Origin: Bdellovibrionales bacterium
GTDB taxonomy: Bacteria > Bdellovibrionota > Bdellovibrionia > Bdellovibrionales > JAUICD01
Direction: 5' to 3'
Length of the DNA stretch: 64,000 bases
Assembly: GCA_965203275.1 (NCBI GenBank)
Contig: OZ241865.1
Location: forward strand, 1,664,001 to 1,728,000
Shown: in pieces, positions 52,201 through 61,423 of the stretch
Layout: every line of letters starts with the position of its first letter
Position numbering within the stretch: the stretch's first letter is position 1
The notes under the pieces: generated by a model
Seen by the model: only the letters and a program-made list of their open reading frames with translations
What the model was told of the DNA's origin: nothing
The model's database searches: none
Program-made: the position numbers and the translations under genes

Positions 52201-52426
52201 ACTTGCTCAGAGAAATTCCAATATCTCAGGTCGAATTGATTTTAATTGGACTATTATATCGAATGGTCGAGTTGGGGAAGTGAAAGTTACAAAAACACAA
52301 ATTAATGATGCTCGAACACTTGATTGTATGAAAAGGCGTTTATCGTCGTGGAGATTCCCTGATCCTCCTGAAGGGGTGATTGGAGATATAAATTATCCAT
52401 TTGTGTTTATAACGTCTAGACAATAG
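49226..52426 (+). CDS. GltG/PglI-like protein (FHA-like, Pro/Gln linker, TM, TonB-like AgmX/PglI C-terminus)
   Basis: MDKEAIRKVVRRNLRQLRTCYE..SWRFPDP..INYPFVF. Confidence 0.88.
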   Translation: MKDIFLKIYYNQQLIGVKQFRTDRVVLGSGNVDIRLEGLLLAHAEIIKRKDGHYYIVTGPEFVFIKGQWVKEYLLSTHEFFQIGPYQIEVYLGFPEAVSLPPIQPIPQASSGGVQSQPIPPPASNMQPHQHTPALHPQQIQPIAPPSGTPPHTAPPPQQIQPVTPPSGTPPQTAPPPQQIQPIAPPSGTPPQIAPPPQQTQPVTPPPGTPPQTAPPPQQTQPVTPPPGTPPQTAPPPQQTQPVTPPPGTPPQTAPPPQQTQPVTPPPGTPPQAMPLQPPSQTPVTPSQAEQYPPAITPYLSHPMPPAPPPPQVPLQQQESQESSEQKTSTISLTQTESAQLLSELMAEEQTEVTSTQVPSQYPDPQISPELSQQTQPVVPPPGTIPQTAPIPQSTQPVTPQPTQSVAPQPTQPVAPQPTQPVAPQPTQPVTPQPTQSVAPQPTQPVIPQQAVQVQPQVTQQQIPPSPDISVSATKSSKDLLTEEAKRQPSEEIHDQVDLYGASQMTQKAEMVSSSSPTPITEETEEDTVSLHKPRKSYRKKATFASSSDLKDINERIKPEEGSVIKVLVTWNEKILNTLYFDSNSTVTVGSHPKSDILLPVFGSSQYLHKLIKISNLASLSITHKMKGVLVKNSEHIPFDDLINSGAANRSKSGFNIDLQRGEMARVDFENGLSIFVKYTAPTPKPLLGPFLALTSGQLNGLIMAIGSTIVMAIFFLMVHEPIAIEPEDELEERTATFVYKKPPPPRIEPIPVVKKEPPKPIKIKPRKVKPKEKPKKRPQPQQVAKTKPKQPVKRRVVRRAKEGARPKDLKPVSKKTKSKQFAAGTSKNGREALQAKRGAGKGGGSGAKAEGRKKKDINQIGLLGTFSKGGLEDTLRTASDGAGVVGGAARKARGAGGSASGRGGVGAGGGLAAIGRGGKGESTYGIPGGVKTRGRGGGTKGYGFGSLGGKSNVRVDLPGGVGETITGMMDKEAIRKVVRRNLRQLRTCYERLAQRNSNISGRIDFNWTIISNGRVGEVKVTKTQINDARTLDCMKRRLSSWRFPDPPEGVIGDINYPFVFITSRQ
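49634..50570 (+). repeat. Coding tandem repeats: 60-bp x~7 and 24-bp x~7
   Basis: QQTQPVTPPPGTPPQTAPPP and PQPTQPVA units. Confidence 0.9.
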
Positions 52427-52437
52427 AAATTTTTTAT

Positions 52438-52465
52438 TAAAGGTTTTGAGGTTAAATAACGATAG
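52438..52465 (+). promoter_or_regulatory. Sigma28/FliA-like promoter
   Basis: TAAAGGTT-N12-AACGATAG; same spacing as at 57937. Confidence 0.4.
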
Positions 52466-52637
52466 ATGTTAGTAGTGGGGTGAGAAATATAAAATAGCTT
52501 ACACTATTGAGACCTGTTGCCTCAAAAGAAGGAACATAAAAAGAATACATTTTGAAGAAAACAGTAACCGGAGGGAAATGAACACCTTGTTTCCTTTCAG
52601 TTACTTAAAATGGTATGAGAAAAATTAGAAGGAACTT

Positions 52638-52779
52638 TTTCCTTAACATGGTGTTAAGAAATGAGGAGATCCTTCCTACTCAAAGTGAACAGTTCTAGGC
52701 AATGACCATTTTATCGATGGCGAAAGCCATCGTGGTTATCGCCAGAAAGTGACCAGAGGTCAGACCACTTTTAGTGAAC
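52638..52779 (-). repeat. Solo chimeric element A in the aglR leader
   Basis: Its two outer stem arms come from different subfamilies. Confidence 0.85.
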
Positions 52780-52808
52780 AACAAAATGAAAACAGAAAGG
52801 AGTTAATT

Positions 52809-53492
52809 ATGGAAGAACAAATTTTTCAAGAAACAGTGGCACAGAATAATTGGATCGTACAAGCTTTTATTGATGGTGGAATTCCCACCATGTCAGCAAT
52901 TGCTTGTATTGGAATTCTCACACTGTTACTCATATTTGAAAGATTATTTACTCTTAGAAACTTAGGAGTAGATAAAGAGGATTTTAACGAAAAGGTTTTT
53001 GGTATGATCTTAAGAGGAGATGTTAAACAGGCGGTGACTTTTTGTGATTCCAGAGTCACTCCTTTGACAGAAACTCTTAAGGCAGGGTTAGTCCAAGTAC
53101 TTAATCGCCGTGCTGATGAAGAAGTACAGGTTGCTATGGATGCAGCTGTTTTAAGAGCCACCCCTAGAATTGAGGGTTGGACAGGCTTCTTAGCAGTCTT
53201 TGGCAACGTGGCCACTTTGGCAGGGTTGTTAGGTACAATTATTGGATTGATCAAGGGTTTTGGTGCTTTATCAGAAGTTGATCCTGCGGAAAAGGCAAAT
53301 ATCCTTTCACAGGCGATCTCTCATGCACTTAACTGCACAGCCTTTGGATTGATTGTGGCTATACCAGCTTTAATTTTTTACGGATATTTTCAAGTAAGGG
53401 TAGGTCATGTGATCAATGATATGGTTGAAAGCTCTATGAGTCTTATGAACCTTGTTGTATCTAATAGAGATAAAATAAACAAAGCTAACTAG
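52809..53492 (+). CDS. MotA/TolQ/ExbB family, AglR-like
   Basis: ATLAGLLGTIIGLI, ALNCTAFGLIVAIP; RBS AAGGAG before ATG 52809. Confidence 0.93.
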   Translation: MEEQIFQETVAQNNWIVQAFIDGGIPTMSAIACIGILTLLLIFERLFTLRNLGVDKEDFNEKVFGMILRGDVKQAVTFCDSRVTPLTETLKAGLVQVLNRRADEEVQVAMDAAVLRATPRIEGWTGFLAVFGNVATLAGLLGTIIGLIKGFGALSEVDPAEKANILSQAISHALNCTAFGLIVAIPALIFYGYFQVRVGHVINDMVESSMSLMNLVVSNRDKINKAN

Positions 53493-53505
53493 AGAGGCGG
53501 AAATT

Positions 53506-53988
53506 ATGGCAGCAATAGAAGAGAATACAGGCAAAAGGACAGTCAATTACGAATTAAATATTGTACCTTTTATTGACTTGATGTCTGTTTGTATCATTTT
53601 TTTATTACTGACGGCTGTTTGGACACAAGTTTCTATGATTCAAATTGGTAGCTCTATTTATGGCAAGAGAACAGACGATCAAGAAAGCCAACCGCCTCCT
53701 AGACCAGAGATCAACCTAGAGCTAATTGTCAATCAGAGTGGGTACACTGTGATTATAGGACAGGATAGCATTCCTATACCTCGCATTCAAGGTGAAGAGG
53801 GAATAGAATATGATCAAAGGAATCTTATTTTAACATTGAAGAGTGTTAAAGATAGATATCCAGATAAGAAGGATGCCATGATTGCTGTCGAAGAGGATCT
53901 TGTTTATGAAAATTTAATTCAAGGAATGGACAGTCTTTTGTTATCTGGCTTTCCTGAAGTAGCAATTAAAACAGGGAGTATACAATAA
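53506..53988 (+). CDS. ExbD/TolR family, AglQ-like
   Basis: ELNIVPFIDLMSVCIIFLL. Confidence 0.92.
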   Translation: MAAIEENTGKRTVNYELNIVPFIDLMSVCIIFLLLTAVWTQVSMIQIGSSIYGKRTDDQESQPPPRPEINLELIVNQSGYTVIIGQDSIPIPRIQGEEGIEYDQRNLILTLKSVKDRYPDKKDAMIAVEEDLVYENLIQGMDSLLLSGFPEVAIKTGSIQ

Positions 53989-54587
53989 TGGCTATATATC
54001 CACCAGGTCATAGAATGAGAGGAAGTAAACGGCTTGCTAAGGCAGGTCGAAAGATTGTAGCCCAGCTGTCTTTAACAGCAATGGTCGATATGTTTACTGT
54101 TTTGGTGGTTTTTCTTTTAATGAATTATAGAACCACAGAGACAGTTCTTTATATACCAAAAGAAGTCGAGTTACCAAAAGCTTCTGAAACAAAAGAACTC
54201 AAGCCAGCTCATGTAGTGACTATTTCTTCAAGAGAAATTTTGATAGATAGAGAAGTGGTAGCTTCTTTTAGAGAAGTACAAACACAAAAAGATTGGATGG
54301 TGATTGCATTGAGAAACAGACTTGTTGAAATGTTTCGTCAAGATGAACTAGAATATCAGTCACGCTTAGGTGTGAGGTTAAGACAAGCTACTATAGCAGA
54401 TACAAAAAAAATAGATAAAGAAAAAGAAAGACTCAGAAAAATCACTATCCAAGCAGATAAAGATATTGATTTTTTAACTATCAAAAAGATTATGTACACT
54501 GTCACAGAAGCAGGTGCTAAAGAAATAAACTTTGCTGTTATTTTGGTCCCTAAACCTGAAGAAACTGAGAATGCTTTAGAAGGGTAG
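53988..54587 (+). CDS. ExbD/TolR family, AglS-like
   Basis: LSLTAMVDMFTVLVVFLL, IQADKD..IKKIMYT. Confidence 0.92.
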   Translation: MAIYPPGHRMRGSKRLAKAGRKIVAQLSLTAMVDMFTVLVVFLLMNYRTTETVLYIPKEVELPKASETKELKPAHVVTISSREILIDREVVASFREVQTQKDWMVIALRNRLVEMFRQDELEYQSRLGVRLRQATIADTKKIDKEKERLRKITIQADKDIDFLTIKKIMYTVTEAGAKEINFAVILVPKPEETENALEG

Positions 54588-54596
54588 AGTGATCCA

Positions 54597-54660
54597 TTTC
54601 ACTAAAACTGTGTGGTCTATTTCAAGTGCAAAAGACGGCATGATGCATTTTAAGTGAAAC
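54597..54660. repeat. Minimal element-A derivative between convergent genes
   Basis: TTTCACTAAAA...TTTTAAGTGAAA. Confidence 0.65.
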
Positions 54661-54669
54661 AATGCAATA

Positions 54670-56475
54670 TTATGGCCAAGCCTCTATATGACGTATACGT
54701 TCCTCTTGATCTGCTATAGCTCTCTCTGTTCTTGATATATGAAAGCGAAGCTTTGGGTCAGAGTTTGGATCTTCTTCTAACATACTTTTGAATATTCTCA
54801 ATTCCTCTTTAAAGTATTGTAGATTCTCTCTTTCTATGGATAAAATCTCCGATTTATTTCTGCCTAATACATTGGATCTTTCACAGCGTTCTTTTTGATC
54901 TGAACAGTCATGCTCTCCTCCATTTTGGATTGATGTTTGATAAGCTAACTGAGAGCATTCTCTATAAAGCTTCACATCTTCTCGATGATGGCATTGACCA
55001 TAAAGGATAGCATTAAAGTGGGCAGGATCTAAAATGGAGCTTTCACTGTTAGTATTATGATATCTTTCTCTGTGAGATGCCATAATGGAATTTTCTTGTA
55101 CCACTCTACAGTCATATTTAAGAGCATAGGTAATATTATTTACTGTAGGACTTTCTCTAGATATCACATTTCCATTAACATCAACATACTGTCCTCTTGT
55201 CCTTTCTCTATACTCATCCTCTAAACCTAGAAGGTGAAGTACTTCATGCACTATTACAGGGCAGTCAACATTTGCTGCATAACTTATGCTATTAGAACGA
55301 CCTTCTGAAGACTGAATACTGATACGTATATTACGCATGCACCGACTGTTTTGAGCATTTGCATCAAGTATTTCAAGATGAAGTCTACTCCCATCGTGGG
55401 GGTGAAACAATCTAGGATTTATTCTATCAATACATCCTTTCACTCTATTAAAATAATGGCTATGGACTTGATTTTCTGTTACTTGACCATCGTAGTCATC
55501 AGCGGGATGAAAAGAAAGAGATAAGGGGATTGTATAATTTTTATCACTTTCTTTTGTGACAACATAATCGTTCCCTCGGACTCTGACATTTCTTGTTTCT
55601 CCTATTGTGTAGTCACTACACATAATATCATTTTCTAAACTATCTATATAATCCTGTAATCTACTAAATCCACCAGATCTGATAGAACATACATCAAAGA
55701 TGGCATCATTTGAAGGATTGATTTGAGTAGCTAAGGCTATGAGTCTTCTCTCCCTAATTGCATAGTCTGAGATTATTTTTTGACAGATAGGATGATCAGA
55801 TCTCCTATAACAATCACTTGGAATTTTTAAATTAGCTATCAATCTGACTAATCTATCAAATACTTCCTGAAGGCAATCTCTTTGATTTTTACAGATCATG
55901 TTGAGCATCTCTTCATATTGTGCTGGAGATCCATCACGTAAAATTAGAATAGCACGAAAGTTAGATATGTTTTGGGATGGGCAATGAGATGATAATCTTT
56001 CTTTAATTCGCTCAAATTCTTGATATCCAACACCTATACGAGTATAATTTTCAGGATATAAAATACGACGAGATTGTTGATCTAAAAATTGATTTTGAGC
56101 TTCTAAAATAGAGTTTTCTACATCTTCTACACAAGTTGTTTTTATTTGTTCATTTGTTGTGAGTTGACACAAATCAGAAGAACTCTCTTTGATTATATTC
56201 AATATTCTGTGGATAAAATCTCCATTCTCATAGTTAGAAGATTGAAGAATCCGTTTTGCATTATTAAGAAAATCAGATAAATCTACCTTTCCATTACGAA
56301 GTGATATTGTATACCTTTTCTCTTTTTCTTCCTGAGAGATTCCTCGCACATCTCGAAAAAAAGTATAAGAAATACTATTTTGAGCAAAGCTTTCTTCAGA
56401 AAAGCTGATCAGGAAAGTCCAGATAAAGATAAACAATATTGTATAGATGTAAAAATGTGATGAGAGTGATGGCAT
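54670..56475 (-). CDS. Secreted zinc metallopeptidase-like protein, paralogue of 34063-35958
   Basis: HEVLHLLGLEDEY, NSIMA; shares SRxLYP.NY, LDPxHFNxILY and EAWP with the paralogue. Confidence 0.8.
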   Translation of the reverse strand: MPSLSSHFYIYTILFIFIWTFLISFSEESFAQNSISYTFFRDVRGISQEEKEKRYTISLRNGKVDLSDFLNNAKRILQSSNYENGDFIHRILNIIKESSSDLCQLTTNEQIKTTCVEDVENSILEAQNQFLDQQSRRILYPENYTRIGVGYQEFERIKERLSSHCPSQNISNFRAILILRDGSPAQYEEMLNMICKNQRDCLQEVFDRLVRLIANLKIPSDCYRRSDHPICQKIISDYAIRERRLIALATQINPSNDAIFDVCSIRSGGFSRLQDYIDSLENDIMCSDYTIGETRNVRVRGNDYVVTKESDKNYTIPLSLSFHPADDYDGQVTENQVHSHYFNRVKGCIDRINPRLFHPHDGSRLHLEILDANAQNSRCMRNIRISIQSSEGRSNSISYAANVDCPVIVHEVLHLLGLEDEYRERTRGQYVDVNGNVISRESPTVNNITYALKYDCRVVQENSIMASHRERYHNTNSESSILDPAHFNAILYGQCHHREDVKLYRECSQLAYQTSIQNGGEHDCSDQKERCERSNVLGRNKSEILSIERENLQYFKEELRIFKSMLEEDPNSDPKLRFHISRTERAIADQEERIRHIEAWP

Positions 56476-56697
56476 ATAAGATTATCGGCATTTTAAGTGA
56501 AAGACTCAATCTTACTTTAGTCAAGAGATGCAAATAGATCCTGTATCTTGACAGTCAATAATATGTAAAAAATTTTTGAGAACTAGGCTTGATCAGTCAA
56601 TAGTGGCCTACACCAAAATATCTTGAATAGGCTACAATGATCTCTTTTTATTTATACATTTTGTCAATGGCAAAACGAAATGGTGAAAGAATAAATT

Positions 56698-57722
56698 TTT
56701 CCTTAACATTTCACTCAAAATGCATCATGCCTCTGGTTCACTAAAAGTAAACTGACCTCTGGTCACTTTTGGGTAGCCAGCCCGACGACTTTCGTCGTCG
56801 ATCAAAGGCTGGCTACCTCAAAAGTCCGTTTACTTTTAGTAGGGAAGGATCTCCTCGTTTTTTGACGCAATGTTAAGGAAAAAGATTTCCTTCTGATATT
56901 TGCTCTGACAGCTTACGCTGTCTAAAAAGAGCAATGCCGCAAAAAACTGCTCATTTTGAGTAGAGGAGGATCTCATTGTCTCTTAACATCATGTTAAGGA
57001 AACAAGATATTTATATTTATATTTATTTCACTCCCGGGATCCGGGATCAGGCAATCTGGCATCCCGGGATCTGGGACCTGATGCCGGTTTGCCCGATCCC
57101 GGGATCCCGGATCCCAGATCCCAGATCCCGGGATCCCGGATCCCAGATCCCGGGATCCCGGATCCCAGATCCCGGGATCCCGGATCCCAGATCCCAGATC
57201 CCGGGATCCCGGATCCCAGATCCCGGGATCCCGGATCCCAGATCCCAGATCCCGGGATCCCGGATCCCGGGATCCCGGATCCCGGATCCCGGGATCCCGG
57301 ATCCCGGATACCGGATCCCAGATCCCAGATCCCAGATCCCGGATGAACACCATGTTAAGGAAAGAAGATGTTCGTCTTTTTAGATTTTTTTTCTAAAAGG
57401 TTAGGAAAAGGGTATTTAAAAGGCATTTGGAAATTAGAAATCCAGTGATTTCAATAAGTTTGTTTCACTAAAAGTAAACTGACCTCTGGTCACTTTTGGA
57501 TAGCCAGCCCGACGGCTGTCGCCGTCGATCAAAGGCTGGCTATCTCAAAAGTCCGTTTACTTTTAGTAGGGAGGATCCTCTCGTCTCTTAACTCCATGTT
57601 AGGGAAACAAGACGTTCATTTTTCTGTATTTTCTAAAAGATAGTGAAAAAAAGTATTTGAAAATTAGAATTTAAGTGATTTCAATAAGTTAGCACTGTGA
57701 CTTTTGTATAAAAGTCACAATT
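56698..57722 (+). repeat. Mosaic cluster: A (56736-56881), partial A, GATCCC module, D fragments, A (57463-57607)
   Basis: Identity to other copies. Confidence 0.9.
57095..57341 (+). repeat. GATCCC(A/G/GG) 7-8-mer microsatellite, ~34 units
   Basis: Read directly. Confidence 0.95.
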
Positions 57723-57936
57723 TGAAAGAGTAAAAAACAGGCAAATTTTTGCAAGAAAATTGTTTTGAAAAATAAAACAAATCAAATGTTATAAAACGCG
57801 AATTAAAAATGACTACTTATTTCACTGATCTTATGTCTTTAAGATTGGTAAAGTCTTTCAAGATGATACAAAAATTTAAAAAAGTGATTCTTTTTGATAC
57901 AAAATGTCACTTTTTTTGATTTTTTTAACAAAAATA

Positions 57937-57964
57937 TAAAGTTTTATGTCATAATAAACGATAA
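57937..57964 (+). promoter_or_regulatory. Sigma28/FliA-like promoter upstream of pilins
   Basis: TAAAGTTT-N12-AACGATAA. Confidence 0.4.
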
Positions 57965-58149
57965 GAGTTGTGTTAGACGAAAAATTAGAAATTTCTAAAG
58001 TCGACCTAAAAAAGTCTAACAATTACAAACACTTAATACTGTGACTTTTATACAAAAGTTACAGTATTAAGTAGCTGAAATCACTAGGTCGCTTAGAATA
58101 AACTCTACTTTCGTCATAAATGACGTAGGTATATGGACATAATGGTGTT

Positions 58150-58857
58150 ATGGACAGATCAAATCAAAAAGGCTTTTCTTTAATTGAGATAATGGTCACT
58201 GTGGCTATTGTGGGCATTTTAGCTGTGATTGCCATACCGGAATATAGTAGCTTCAAAAGAAAAGCCATTCAGTCCAATGCTAAAACAATTCTTAGTGGCA
58301 TTTATGCTACACAGATGACGTTTATCACCGAGTGGGATTATGGAACGTCAAACTTAAAACAGATGGGATATGAACAAATAGGAGAGGCTTATTATATTGC
58401 TGGATGGCATACAGCAGACTATAAAGCTAGAGGAGTAAACGTCAATGTAAGTACACGTCCCACTTCTGGCATATATAATGGTCCTTTAGTCGATAGTGCT
58501 GATATACAAAAAACCAATACGCTAGAGATGAGTTTTGATTTTGCTCCGGGTGTTACAAGTAAGATCTCCCCTCAAATGAGCTATCCCAGGGTGGCTAAAA
58601 GAGGTTCATGTAGTTGTACCCCTAATACCTGTAACCCTACCACTGACTGTAACATGAATGATTCAAATTGCACTGTGAAATCATCCCCCCCTAATGGTGC
58701 AACTCAATGTGAGTATGTTCCAGAAGGTGTTAATAATAGTAACATGCCTCCTTCTTTTGTAATTGAAGCTGTTGGCAATATTGGTGGAAGTACATACGAT
58801 AAATGGTCCATCAGGGAATCAAAACGTTTAGAAAATACAGAAAATGGAACAAACTAA
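58150..58857 (+). CDS. Type IV pilin
   Basis: QKG|FSLIEIMVTVAIVGILAVIAIP. Confidence 0.93.
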   Translation: MDRSNQKGFSLIEIMVTVAIVGILAVIAIPEYSSFKRKAIQSNAKTILSGIYATQMTFITEWDYGTSNLKQMGYEQIGEAYYIAGWHTADYKARGVNVNVSTRPTSGIYNGPLVDSADIQKTNTLEMSFDFAPGVTSKISPQMSYPRVAKRGSCSCTPNTCNPTTDCNMNDSNCTVKSSPPNGATQCEYVPEGVNNSNMPPSFVIEAVGNIGGSTYDKWSIRESKRLENTENGTN

Positions 58858-59331
58858 ATGATCTTAAAGATTCTTAACTTTCTAAGAATAATGATTAAGA
58901 AACTGAATAATCCAATAGGTTTATCGTGTGCTTTTGTTTGTTTGGCAATATCGTGGATTGTTCCAATAGGCTTTATCTATGAGAGCTTTAACATTAAAAC
59001 AAATGAAAGAATAAAAACAGACATTCGTATCACACAGGAAGCATGGGATAGCCTTTTTAGTCCAAACACAAATTATATTGAAAAAAACAATTTAGAAGGA
59101 AGTAAAGAAAATCTTTTAAGTGCTTGTAAGAAAAACACATGCAATATCTATCGAGGTATTCCGGCCATGACTCAAGCTTGTAAAGAAACACTATCAACAT
59201 CTAAGAAGTTTCATGATCACAGGGTATATATTTGTGGGCTTGTGGTCTCTTTGGATAATGATAAGCCATTGGATTGCCAACAGCTAAAGTGGCAACCTTT
59301 TGATAGTTTTTGTAAAGAAACAGTTATTTAA
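58858..59331 (+). CDS. Hypothetical single-TM Cys-containing protein in the pilin operon
   Basis: Abuts the pilin stop; N-terminal TM. Confidence 0.65.
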   Translation: MILKILNFLRIMIKKLNNPIGLSCAFVCLAISWIVPIGFIYESFNIKTNERIKTDIRITQEAWDSLFSPNTNYIEKNNLEGSKENLLSACKKNTCNIYRGIPAMTQACKETLSTSKKFHDHRVYICGLVVSLDNDKPLDCQQLKWQPFDSFCKETVI

Positions 59332-59344
59332 AAGGAAACATACT

Positions 59345-59950
59345 ATGAAACAATCCGGAGTTTCTCTAATTGAGTTATTAATCGTCGTAGGCATTATTGG
59401 TGTTTTAAGTGTTATAGCTATTCCACAATATCAAAAATATAAAATGAAAGCCATACAAGCTGAGGCTAAAACTTCCTTATCTACACTTTACTCATTAGAA
59501 AGACTTTTTATCACCAACTATGGATGGGGTACGTCTAGCTTTTCACAACTTGGTTTTGAACCAAAGGGTACTTATCACTATTCAGCAGGATGGCCATGGC
59601 TAGGGAGAGATGGAGTACCCTTCAATGTCAATGCGAGAACAAGAGCGTCTATAACAGCATCACCTTACACAGGACCTCTAAGGACACGTGGTGGGATAAA
59701 CATGTACAATAGATGTAGTAGTAATGCAAATCCAAATAGAAATCCTAATTGTCTTTTGATAGGCAATCCGGCCCCACGTTTTCAAGTTCCTAAGGAAAGA
59801 TCCGGCTTAGCTGAAGACAGATATGTAAGGATAGATAACATGGGTTATAGGAATGTGAAGTTTATAATTGGAGCAGGCAATAGACATAGAGATAATTGGA
59901 TTATAACAGAGAATAAGAAGTTGATTAATGTTCTTAATAATGTCCCTTAA
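59345..59950 (+). CDS. Type IV pilin
   Basis: MKQSG|VSLIELLIVVGIIGVL; RBS AAGGA before ATG 59345. Confidence 0.92.
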   Translation: MKQSGVSLIELLIVVGIIGVLSVIAIPQYQKYKMKAIQAEAKTSLSTLYSLERLFITNYGWGTSSFSQLGFEPKGTYHYSAGWPWLGRDGVPFNVNARTRASITASPYTGPLRTRGGINMYNRCSSNANPNRNPNCLLIGNPAPRFQVPKERSGLAEDRYVRIDNMGYRNVKFIIGAGNRHRDNWIITENKKLINVLNNVP

Positions 59951-59968
59951 CCATAAAGGAAACAGAAT

Positions 59969-60559
59969 ATGAAACAAGCAGGATTTTCTTTAATTGAATT
60001 AATGATCGCTGTGACTATTATTGGTGTTTTAAGTGTTATAGCTATTCCACAATATCAAAAGTACAAAGCGAAGGCTAGACAGGGAGAGGCTAAGCTCTCT
60101 TTATCTATACTTTACACAATGGAAAAGGTATTTATCACCAATTATGGATGGGGTACGTCTAACTTTTCACAACTTGGTTTTGAACCAAAGGGTACTTATC
60201 GCTATTTGGCAGGATGGCCAGGGAATGGGATAAATGGAACACCTTTTAACGTCAATGCAACAGCAAAAGCGTCCATAACGGCATCACCTTACACAGGACC
60301 TATAAGCACACATCATGCAATAAACATATTGCAGAAGTGTAGCAATAAACGCAATCCAACTAGAAATCCTAATTGTTTTTTGATAGGCAGGGCGGCCCCA
60401 CCTTTTCGAGTTCCTAAGGAATCATCCGGCTTAGCTGAAGATAGATATGTAAGAATAGATAACATGGGTTATAGGAATGTAAAGTTTATAATTGGAGCAG
60501 GTGGATATAGAGATCAGTGGATTATAACAGAGAATAAAAAGCTGATTAATGTTCCTTAA
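59969..60559 (+). CDS. Type IV pilin, tandem paralogue of 59345
   Basis: MKQAG|FSLIELMIAV; long stretches identical to the previous gene. Confidence 0.93.
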   Translation: MKQAGFSLIELMIAVTIIGVLSVIAIPQYQKYKAKARQGEAKLSLSILYTMEKVFITNYGWGTSNFSQLGFEPKGTYRYLAGWPGNGINGTPFNVNATAKASITASPYTGPISTHHAINILQKCSNKRNPTRNPNCFLIGRAAPPFRVPKESSGLAEDRYVRIDNMGYRNVKFIIGAGGYRDQWIITENKKLINVP

Positions 60560-60566
60560 TCATATT

Positions 60567-60985
60567 TTTCACTTTCACTCAAAATGCATCATGCCTTTGG
60601 TTCACTAAAAGTAAACTGACCTCTGTTTCACTCAAAGTGAACTGGCCTCTGGCCACTTTTGGGCGATGACCGCAAAGGCTTTCGCCTTTGACAAAATGGT
60701 CATCGTCTCAAAAGCCTGTTCACTTTGAGTAAGAAGGATCTCTTCGTCTCTTGACCACATGTTAAGGAAAAAGTTCCTTCTTACACCTTGGGCAATGACC
60801 GCAAAGGCTTCCGCCTTTGACAAAATGGTCATCGTCTCAAAAGCCTGTTCACTTTGAGTAAGAAGGATATCTTCGTCTCTTGACCACATGTTAAGGAAAA
60901 AGTTCCTTCTTACACCTTGGGCAATGACTGCAAAGGCTTTCGCCATCGATCAAAGGCTGATTACCTCAAAAGCCGATTAATTTTA
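60567..60985 (+). repeat. Element A (60626-60770) followed by a 129-bp tandem concatemer
   Basis: GGGCRATGAC at 60661, 60790 and 60919. Confidence 0.9.
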
Positions 60986-61003
60986 AAGTTTAAGCATGAT
61001 TAG

Positions 61004-61034
61004 AGAGGGCTTTACGACGGGCCCTCTTTTTTTT
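61004..61034 (+). terminator. Probable intrinsic terminator
   Basis: AGAGGGC-loop-GCCCTCT followed by a T tract. Confidence 0.55.
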
Positions 61035-61042
61035 AAGTAAGT

Positions 61043-61423
61043 TTAAAGACCGGGCCCGTATATTTCTATCGACTCTTTTAAAAGTCTTTTCACATCTTCT
61101 GAAAAAAAACTCTCATAGTCTAAGATACTAGCGTCTTTGTTCGGATGATTGACGTCCGCACCATATTCTAGCAATAACCTTACAACTGCTATATGGTCTC
61201 TCATACTAGACACCATTAAAGCCCTATAAAGAGCTATGTCTTGAATATTAGCACTATTTTCTAGCAATGACCTTACAAATGTTATATCGCCATACTTACT
61301 AGCCATTATTAAACCCACACTGTCATTTCTGTCTTTAAGGTTGACTCTAGCTTGAGTGGCTTCTGAAATTTGACATACAACCATGGACAAAATTAAAGAT
61401 AAAGAAAAAATTATATTTCTCAT
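61043..61423 (-). CDS. Small secreted ankyrin protein
   Basis: RBS AGGAGG; signal peptide; HIAVVRLLLEYGADVN. Confidence 0.85.
   Translation of the reverse strand: MRNIIFSLSLILSMVVCQISEATQARVNLKDRNDSVGLIMASKYGDITFVRSLLENSANIQDIALYRALMVSSMRDHIAVVRLLLEYGADVNHPNKDASILDYESFFSEDVKRLLKESIEIYGPGL

Noticed and set aside
56976..57383. PGSRIPDP-repeat ORFs on both strands
   Set aside because: Artefacts of a stop-free microsatellite.
59345..60559. DGR template/variable repeat pair
   Set aside because: Differences are not adenine-specific, both copies are full genes and there is no RT in the window.
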